Source: a bacterium
Lineage (GTDB): Bacteria > Zhuqueibacterota > Zhuqueibacteria > Oceanimicrobiales > Oceanimicrobiaceae
Assembly: GCA_046757525.1 (NCBI GenBank)
Contig: JBHHYI010000056.1
Span: forward strand, 1 to 23,448
DNA: 23,448 bases
Reading direction: 5' to 3'
A model generated the notes under the pieces. The model was not told the DNA's origin and ran no database searches. It was given only the letters and a program-made list of their open reading frames with translations. Of the stretch, positions 17,167 to 23,448 are shown one piece after another (position 1 is the stretch's first letter; the number at the start of each line of letters is the position of its first letter). Made by a program: the position numbers and the translations under genes.

Positions 17167-17943
17167 TTAAGACAGAAATGCGATGTTCTTGGCCACATCG
17201 TTACTTTCGCGAATTTTGATCAGGAATGTGATGATTTGCAGAATCTTGCCGGGGTTGCGGACAAACCTGGCTAACTTGGCCACCTCGCCGTCCAGACGGG
17301 CAATCTCCGCTTCTCGTGCTTCCGGGCTCAAGAAGGCTAATCTCTCGGCCACATTCCAGGCTGCGTCCCGCGCTCTCTGCATGCTGAAATTGACGACCGC
17401 TTCGTCGGTTCGGCCAGCGAGGCGATCCAGAAGGCCCAACCAGGGGGAAAGAGTACCGATCTCCGCCTGTACTTCATCCAGCAGTTCGGAAAGAATTTTG
17501 TTGATTTCTCCGAAGTCTCTCTCGAGTCCCGGTAACTTTTCGCCGGGAGAAGTCTGGGCCGCTGCAATGCCCAGATCGAGATTGATGTGGGCGTTCATGC
17601 CAAGCAGCAGATGCTGCAAAATCAGCAGGTGCCAGGAGTCGCTGGCTTCGAAGGCCACCCGCCAGCTTTTGCTGGGTCGCAAGCCATTCTGCAATTGTTG
17701 CAGCGCCAGGAGATAGCGATTGGCAAAAACGACATCGAGCTGCTGCATGCGCTCAGCGTCTTCAAATCGTCCCGCAGCTATGCCCTCTTTTGCCCGTACA
17801 GTAACCTTGCGGTAGAGGGCCGGAAAATAACCCAGCCGGCTGTTTTGTCCAAGCGACTGCTCGATAATGCTGCTTAATTCTTCGACGACCTGGTCAATTG
17901 TGGTAGCCGGGGACACCTCAGCCTGGATGTTTACCTGGTTCAT
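17167..17943 (-). CDS. Conserved hypothetical protein, DUF5995-like
   Basis: 258 aa. GYFPALYRKVT, LDVVFANRY, QHLLLGMNAHINLDL. Family recalled from motif memory. Confidence 0.72.
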   Translation of the reverse strand: MNQVNIQAEVSPATTIDQVVEELSSIIEQSLGQNSRLGYFPALYRKVTVRAKEGIAAGRFEDAERMQQLDVVFANRYLLALQQLQNGLRPSKSWRVAFEASDSWHLLILQHLLLGMNAHINLDLGIAAAQTSPGEKLPGLERDFGEINKILSELLDEVQAEIGTLSPWLGLLDRLAGRTDEAVVNFSMQRARDAAWNVAERLAFLSPEAREAEIARLDGEVAKLARFVRNPGKILQIITFLIKIRESNDVAKNIAFLS

Positions 17944-17944
17944 G

Positions 17945-18313
17945 CTATCCTCGCACCGCTGCCAGCACTAAGCAAAACCAGCCAGCGAGAAAAGCAAGCC
18001 CGCCGAAAGGTGTAACCGCGCCCAACCAGCGCAAGCCGCTCAAACTGAGCAGGTAGAGACTGCCGGAGAAGAGGACCGTGCCGCCAACAAAGAGCCAGCC
18101 GCTGGCACTGGCGAGGCCGCCCGGCCAGCGCGTACAAGCCCAGGCCACAGTTAGCAAGGCCAGGGCGTGGTAGATCTGGTAGCGCACCCCTACTTCAAAA
18201 ATGGCGAACATCTCGGCGGAAAGTCGCCCTTTTAAAGCATGAGCGCCAAACGCGCCGGCGGCCACGCCCAGAAACGCAGACCCCGCACCTAACGAAAAAA
18301 ACAAACGGTCCAT
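17945..18313 (-). CDS. DUF423 (YgdD/TMEM256) small membrane protein
   Basis: GAFGAHAL, YQIYHALAL, LFSGSLY, LGAVTPFGG. Probable start is ATG 18313, after GAGGAAGG. Confidence 0.9.
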   Translation of the reverse strand: MDRLFFSLGAGSAFLGVAAGAFGAHALKGRLSAEMFAIFEVGVRYQIYHALALLTVAWACTRWPGGLASASGWLFVGGTVLFSGSLYLLSLSGLRWLGAVTPFGGLAFLAGWFCLVLAAVRG

Positions 18314-18429
18314 TTCCTTCCTCGCGTTATTGCTTTGCTTGAACACAACACGTATTCCATCCCCGCCCGACTTCTTCATGATTCAATGTGTCAGATACCA
18401 CAGACACTCTTGCTTGCTTCAAGTACCAG

Positions 18430-18910
18430 TCACTTCCCCGATTCAAAATGCAAATAATCTTCCATGCCTTTCACCATGATCTTTTTACCGGCTGGAAAAT
18501 TCTCGTAGAATGCTTGTTGTTTTCCTTCCAATGTCCTGGCAAATTTGACTTCAAGCAGAGTATCATCGAAACAAAAAATCCAGCTCCAGGCCATTAGCGG
18601 AGAGCGGCAGAGCATGAATCTTTCGGTACTCGCGCACAATCTCTGCAATCAAAAAGTTTTCCAGTGGCAGCGAATCCAGTGAGATATACAGAATGTGCTT
18701 GGCCTCAACGTTTTTCAGGAGGTAGGCTATAAATAACTTGATCAGGGATGTTTTGCCGACCCGACGCAAGCCCGAAATTAAGATGACCTCTTTGTTGTTG
18801 AGATTTTTCCGTAGAAAGTCGCTGTACCGCGGCCTGGGAAAAAGGTGTGGTTGAAAATCCTCTTCCCACCAGATATTGAACTTGAACAGCATTTCCGCCA
18901 TCGCGATCAT
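18430..18910 (-). pseudogene. Internally deleted AAA ATPase / DUF4143 gene
   Basis: FNIWW, Walker A GLRRVGKT and ILYISLD, then an abrupt jump near 18597 to NGLELDF. A 1-nt frameshift in or near a T6 run (~18573-18578) continues as CFDDTLLEVKF...* (ExDF..EVK nuclease-like tail). Walker B is absent. Confidence 0.82.
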
Positions 18911-18934
18911 GATATGTCCAGAAAGTCATACCAC

Positions 18935-18983
18935 ATCGTATAGAATGATCTTCTGTTATACGATATTATCGTATAAAATGCAA
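18935..18983 (-). promoter_or_regulatory. sigma70 promoter overlapped by a perfect palindromic operator
   Basis: TTGCAT (18983-18978), 17 nt, TATAAC (18960-18955). Palindrome TTATACGATA-t-TATCGTATAA (18956-18976). Extra half-site ATCGTATA at 18935. Confidence 0.7.
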
Positions 18984-19057
18984 GCTGTTCCCTGTTTTTT
19001 TGTAGCCCCAAAGACCAGTGAAATCCGGGTCACCCGTGTGCTGAGAACGGACTTCTG

Positions 19058-21733
19058 TTACAGCAATTGCCGCAGCACGTACTGCAAGATGCCGCCGTGT
19101 TTGTAGTAGTTGAGCTCTTCGGGTGTATTGACGCGGGTGATGACCTTGAACTTCTTGACCGTGCCGTTATCAGTTTGGGCTGTGACTTGTAGCTCTTTGC
19201 CAGGCCGCAGGTCTTCTGCAATGCCGGAGATGTCATAGGTTTCGAATCCGCTGAGGCCCAGCGATTCACGACTTTCTCCTGGTACGAATTGCAACGGCAG
19301 CACGCCCATCCCGATCAAATTGCTGCGGTGAATGCGTTCGAAGCTTGCAGCGATGACCGCTTTGACGCCCAGCAAGGCGGTGCCTTTGGCCGCCCAATCC
19401 CGCGAAGAACCCATGCCGTAATCTTTTCCCGCTAAAACGATCAACGGTACCTGGTCCGCCTGGTATTGCATGGCGGCTTCGTAGACGGAAGACAACTTCT
19501 TGTCCGGCAGATGTAGCGTCCAGTTGCCTTCACGATCGGGCACCAGGTAGTTGCGCAAGCGAATATTGCCGAAGGTGCCACGCATCATGACTTCGTGATT
19601 TCCCCGCCTGGAACCAAAGGAATTGAAATCCTTCGGTTCGATGCCGTGGGAGATTAAATATTGGCCTGCCGGACTTTCTTCTGGAATGGCTCCGGCCGGG
19701 GAAATATGGTCTGTTGTGACCGAGTCGCCCACCATGACCAGCACCCGTGCGCGTTGAATGTCGCCGGGCGGTTGCGCTTCTCTGGACATATTCTCGAAGA
19801 ACGGCGGATTCTTGACATAGGTGGATTTCGGATCCCAGTCGTACAAGTCGCCTGATGGAATTTCCAAAGCCTGCCAGCGGGCGTCGCCGGTAAACACCGC
19901 GGCGTATTCTTTGACAAACATCTCCCGTTTCACGGATTTCCGCATGGCTTCCTGGATTTCTTGCTGGGTGGGCCAGATGTCCCGCAGGTAAACCGGGCTA
20001 TCGTTTTTGTCGCGACCAATGGGCTCATGGTACAGGTCGATGTCCATGCGACCGGCCAGTGCGTAGGCCACCACCAGCGGTGGCGAGGCCAGATAGTTCG
20101 CCCGCGTGTGCGGATTAATCCGGCCCTCGAAATTTCGGTTTCCGCTCAAAACCGAAGCGGCGACCAGGTGACCTTCCTTAATCCCATTGGCGATGTATTC
20201 CGGCAGGGGACCGCTGTTACCGATACAGGTGGTGCAACCGTAGCCCACCAGATTGAACTTGAGTTTCTCCAAAAAAGGCGTGAGGCCGGCTTCGTTGAGA
20301 TAATCGGTTACCACTTTTGAGCCTGGCGCTAAACTCGTCTTGACCCACGGCTTGGTCTCCAGGCCGCGTTCCACGGCTTTCTTCGCCAACAAGCCTGCTC
20401 CCACCATCACCGAAGGGTTGGAGGTGTTGGTGCAACTGGTGATGGCGGCAATCACCACCTGCCCGTTGCTGAGCTCCAGCTCGCGTCCGTTTTCCCGCAC
20501 TTGTACGCGCTCCTTGGTGTCTGCCAGTTTCAAATCTTGAAATGCGGCTTGAAAAGCGCTCTTGCTTTGCTTCAACGGAATGCGATCTTGTGGCCGTTTG
20601 GGACCGGCAATGCTGGGTTCAACGGTGGCCAGGTCCAGTTCCAGGGTGTCGGTGTAAGCGGGGTCTGGTGTCATCTCCGTGCGGAACAGCCCCTGTTCTT
20701 TGGTGTAGGCCTCGACTAACTTTACGTGATCTTCGTCCCGGCCGGTGGTGCGCAGGTAGTTCAAAGTTTCGTCATCTACCGGAAAAAATCCAATGGTTGC
20801 GCCGTACTCAGGGGACATGTTGGCCAGGGTTGCGCGATCCGCCAGGCTCAGACTGCTCAAGCCTGGCCCGTAATACTCCACAAATCTGCCAACCACGCCT
20901 TTTTGCCGCAGCATTTGCGTGACCAGCAGAACCAAATCGGTAGCCGTGGCGCCTTCAGCAAGCTCACCAGTGAATTTGAAGCCGATGACTTCCGGGATGA
21001 GCATGGAGATCGGCTGGCCCAAAACCGCGGCTTCGGCTTCTATGCCGCCAACGCCCCAGCCAACGATGCCTAAACCGTTGATCATAGTGGTATGCGAATC
21101 GGTGCCTACCAGGGTGTCGGGATAAGCCACACTTTTGCCGTCGTTTTGCGCGGTAAAAACGACACGACCTAAGTACTCCAGGTTAACCTGGTGGCAGATG
21201 CCGGTTTCCGGCGGCACGACGCGAAAGTTTTTGAAGGCACGTTGCCCCCAGCGCAAAAAAACGTAGCGTTCCTGGTTGCGTTCGTACTCCCGCTCCGTGT
21301 TGAATCGCATGGCACCGGCACTCCCAAAGCGGTCCACTTGAATCGAATGGTCGATGACCAGATCGGCAGGGACCAGGGGATTGATCTTCTTTGGGTCGCC
21401 GCCAAGATTCTTGATCGCTTCCCGCATGGCCGCTAAATCCACCACTGCGGGTACACCGGTGAAGTCCTGCATCAAAACCCGGGCCGGGGTGTAGGCGATT
21501 TCCTTCTCAGGCTTTCTGGAGGGGTCCCAGTTCGCCACAGCCTCGATGTCTGCCGCAGTCACAGAACTCGCGTTTTCATTGCGCAGCAGATTCTCGAGCA
21601 GAACCTTCAAGGAAAACGGTAGACGGGAAACCTGCCCAACACCAGCCTTTTCTAAGGCGCTCAGACGAAAAATATCGAATGACTTCTCACCAGCTCTTAA
21701 AGGCGTTAAACTGTGAAAGCTATCCTTACCCAT
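19058..21733 (-). CDS. acnA: Aconitate hydratase A
   Basis: 891 aa. [50 protein letters not shown] (Fe-S ligands), [26 protein letters not shown]. Confidence 0.98.
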   Translation of the reverse strand: MGKDSFHSLTPLRAGEKSFDIFRLSALEKAGVGQVSRLPFSLKVLLENLLRNENASSVTAADIEAVANWDPSRKPEKEIAYTPARVLMQDFTGVPAVVDLAAMREAIKNLGGDPKKINPLVPADLVIDHSIQVDRFGSAGAMRFNTEREYERNQERYVFLRWGQRAFKNFRVVPPETGICHQVNLEYLGRVVFTAQNDGKSVAYPDTLVGTDSHTTMINGLGIVGWGVGGIEAEAAVLGQPISMLIPEVIGFKFTGELAEGATATDLVLLVTQMLRQKGVVGRFVEYYGPGLSSLSLADRATLANMSPEYGATIGFFPVDDETLNYLRTTGRDEDHVKLVEAYTKEQGLFRTEMTPDPAYTDTLELDLATVEPSIAGPKRPQDRIPLKQSKSAFQAAFQDLKLADTKERVQVRENGRELELSNGQVVIAAITSCTNTSNPSVMVGAGLLAKKAVERGLETKPWVKTSLAPGSKVVTDYLNEAGLTPFLEKLKFNLVGYGCTTCIGNSGPLPEYIANGIKEGHLVAASVLSGNRNFEGRINPHTRANYLASPPLVVAYALAGRMDIDLYHEPIGRDKNDSPVYLRDIWPTQQEIQEAMRKSVKREMFVKEYAAVFTGDARWQALEIPSGDLYDWDPKSTYVKNPPFFENMSREAQPPGDIQRARVLVMVGDSVTTDHISPAGAIPEESPAGQYLISHGIEPKDFNSFGSRRGNHEVMMRGTFGNIRLRNYLVPDREGNWTLHLPDKKLSSVYEAAMQYQADQVPLIVLAGKDYGMGSSRDWAAKGTALLGVKAVIAASFERIHRSNLIGMGVLPLQFVPGESRESLGLSGFETYDISGIAEDLRPGKELQVTAQTDNGTVKKFKVITRVNTPEELNYYKHGGILQYVLRQLL

Positions 21734-21904
21734 TCTTAACTACTCCTGATAATAAAACGGTTAAGTGAATTCCTGTGCTTGGACTGCGCCACTTTGCAGC
21801 AAGCTTGTTCAAAACGATTGGCTTTTCTTCTGTTCAGAAAGATGCCACCTTTTCGCAGAAGCGCAGGCTCTGCTAAACCTCACCAAGACAAACAGTCCTG
21901 TCAA

Positions 21905-21933
21905 ATAATAACGATTTGAATTGTTGAAAGCAA
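21905..21933 (-). promoter_or_regulatory. Putative sigma70 promoter of acnA
   Basis: Minus strand TTGCTT, 17 nt, TATTAT, implying a leader of about 165 nt. SD AGGAG before ATG 21733. Confidence 0.5.
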
Positions 21934-22107
21934 CAACTTTGTCGACAGGAAATGAAGCTGATTATCTGAGAAATCAGCGAATTCTTCTTGGCTTCTATAT
22001 TGTTTTGCACGGGTAATTGAGACGATATTTTTTGACAGGATTAACTGGATAGACAGGATGCAAAAAACCAAGAATATTAGGTTTTAATTTTTGTCATTAA
22101 AACCCAA

Positions 22108-22224
22108 CCCGGCGGAGCCGAAGGCATATCCGCGAAATTCAAAAAAAGCAAACACTAAACAACGCTGAACTTTAGTGCCGCACCTGCCGCTTTTATTCGG
22201 TGACATTCGGTGTTCTTCAGTGTT
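22108..22224. repeat. Cap hairpin plus imperfect inverted repeat element
   Basis: CCCGGCGGAGCCG cap. AACACTAAACAACGCTGAA (22151-22169) matches the reverse complement of 22206-22224 at 15/19. Confidence 0.55.
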
Positions 22225-22249
22225 CAATTTTAATTCCGCAACACCGAAT

Positions 22250-23077
22250 CTAAAACAGCGCTGACGTGAAGGCACGATGGTATTTGTTGGTGATTTCGTG
22301 ATCGTGGCCCAACCAGTTGAACAGCGCCACACACGCTTTGCGCACACCGTCCTCGTCCAGTTGGCGGTTCATGGGCAGCGCCTCAATCCAGTTCTTCAGG
22401 GCCTCCTCGTAGTCGCGTTGCTGCAGCGCTTGAATGCCTTGCAAATAAAGATTCCAGGCGTCCCTTGCAGAGGGGTCCTGCTTTGCCGTCTCAGTTAGAG
22501 CCTCGTAAGAACTGATAAGACGGTGCAGCGTCTGAATAGCTTGTGCCATATCAAATTGCGGGTGCCCTTCAGGTGCGTTCTTGACCAATGCAAAAGCCTC
22601 TTCGGGCTCCTGCTCGAAGAGAATCTGCGCTAACAGAATCCTCGCGTCGTAATTGTTCTCATCGGCTGCAACCGCGCGGTGCAGCAATCTGCGGGCGTTC
22701 TCAACGTTTCCACTGGAGAGGGCTGATTCTGCAGCTTGCAGCAGCTTCCTGGATTCTGTGGGCACGTTAGCGTCTAACCAGCGCCGCACCTGGCTTTCTG
22801 GCAAAGCCCCGACGAATTCGGCCACCACGTTACCGCCGTAGAACATCTTAACCGCCGGAATACCTTGAATGCCCCACTGCGCCGCTACCTGCGGGTGCTC
22901 TTCCGTATTGACTTTTACCAACTTCCAGGTGCTGTTTGCTTCCGAAGCCAACTTCTCCAACACGGGTCCCAGCAGGCGGCACGGTGCGCACCATTCAGCC
23001 CAGAAATCGACCACAATCGCGGTGTTGCGACTTGCTTCAATGACGTCTCGCTGAAAGTCAAAAGCGGTGCTACTCAT
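22250..23077 (-). CDS. Thioredoxin-TPR co-chaperone (YbbN/CnoX-like)
   Basis: VDFWAEWCAPC, GIQGIPAV, FVGALPE, followed by a helical TPR-like region ending LFNWLG...YHRAFTSALF. Confidence 0.92.
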   Translation of the reverse strand: MSSTAFDFQRDVIEASRNTAIVVDFWAEWCAPCRLLGPVLEKLASEANSTWKLVKVNTEEHPQVAAQWGIQGIPAVKMFYGGNVVAEFVGALPESQVRRWLDANVPTESRKLLQAAESALSSGNVENARRLLHRAVAADENNYDARILLAQILFEQEPEEAFALVKNAPEGHPQFDMAQAIQTLHRLISSYEALTETAKQDPSARDAWNLYLQGIQALQQRDYEEALKNWIEALPMNRQLDEDGVRKACVALFNWLGHDHEITNKYHRAFTSALF

Positions 23078-23350
23078 GAATTACGCTCCAATTTGCAGCG
23101 TTAGGTTCAGTTGTAAAGTTCACTAAAATAACTCCGATTATTTCGCGCCGGTTCCCTAACAGTGCTCGAATTTTGCACAATTGAAAAAGTAGCGCTTGAC
23201 CGAAAAGCAGTGGGTAACGGAGAAATCTGGCTCTATACGCAACCCTCTCAGTCACTTGGAATAAAAGTGATGACCGGAAGAGTTGGCAGCAACTGACTCA
23301 GGGGTGTTATATTTTGCATTCCAATATCACCGATTTATGACCCAACCCGG

Positions 23351-23446
23351 TTAGCTCACAACCGCCGCAAACAACTCCCGCTGGTGGAGATCGCGGCGAA
23401 AATGTTCGGTGGCCAGCTCGATCTTATTCGCATTCAGCGCCAGCCT
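23351..23446 (-). CDS. 3' end of a CDS, possibly PA0069/Rv2578c-type radical SAM protein (partial)
   Basis: Manual translation gives RLALNANKIELATEHFRRDLHQRELFAAVVS*, resembling the LxLN..LxTxxFRR..QxxLF tail of that family. Only 31 aa are visible. Confidence 0.4.
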   Translation of the reverse strand, partial: RLALNANKIELATEHFRRDLHQRELFAAVVS

Positions 23447-23448
23447 CT

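Noticed and set aside
18430..18910. Functional two-gene toxin-antitoxin/defence module or programmed frameshift
   Set aside because: The two ORFs are the ends of one AAA-DUF4143 gene lacking Walker B, so restoring the frame would still give a non-functional ATPase.
21734..21935. Iron-responsive element or Fur box upstream of acnA
   Set aside because: I found no CAGUGN-loop hairpin, and the AT-rich stretch matches the Fur consensus only weakly.
23100..23340. CIRCE operator or riboswitch upstream of the thioredoxin-TPR gene
   Set aside because: AGCACT is present, but not the TTAGCACTC-N9-GAGTGCTAA dyad. The hairpins are short and match no family I recognise.

Overview
Bacterial chromosomal window with no rRNA, tRNA, CRISPR array or transposase that I can recognise. 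The + strand (1-9307) carries the 3' end of probable coaE, comEC and a broken ornithine-cyclodeaminase remnant. These are followed by a class I PLP aminotransferase, a cupin, an IPNS-family 2OG/Fe(II) oxygenase and a 1024-aa fusion (hydroxylysine-kinase-like + M23 peptidase + PHYKPL/ETNPPL-like phospho-lyase). The - strand (9810-23448) carries an alpha/beta hydrolase, tpx, USP, a DASS transporter, an atypical Fpg/Nei glycosylase, an amidohydrolase and an internally deleted Rieske oxygenase. It continues with a lipoprotein cyclase/KynB-like gene, dut, DUF5995, DUF423, an internally deleted AAA-DUF4143 gene, acnA, a thioredoxin-TPR gene and the tail of a possible radical SAM gene. Three things stand out. 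(1) A candidate hydroxylate-phosphorylate-eliminate amino-acid pathway at about 2786-9307. (2) A clean 137-bp MITE (18-bp perfect TIRs, 8-bp TSD) carrying a REP-like doublet, inserted at the predicted tpx transcription start. (3) Three collapsed pseudogenes and several families of palindromic intergenic repeats. All product calls come from motif recognition by eye; no database search was run.
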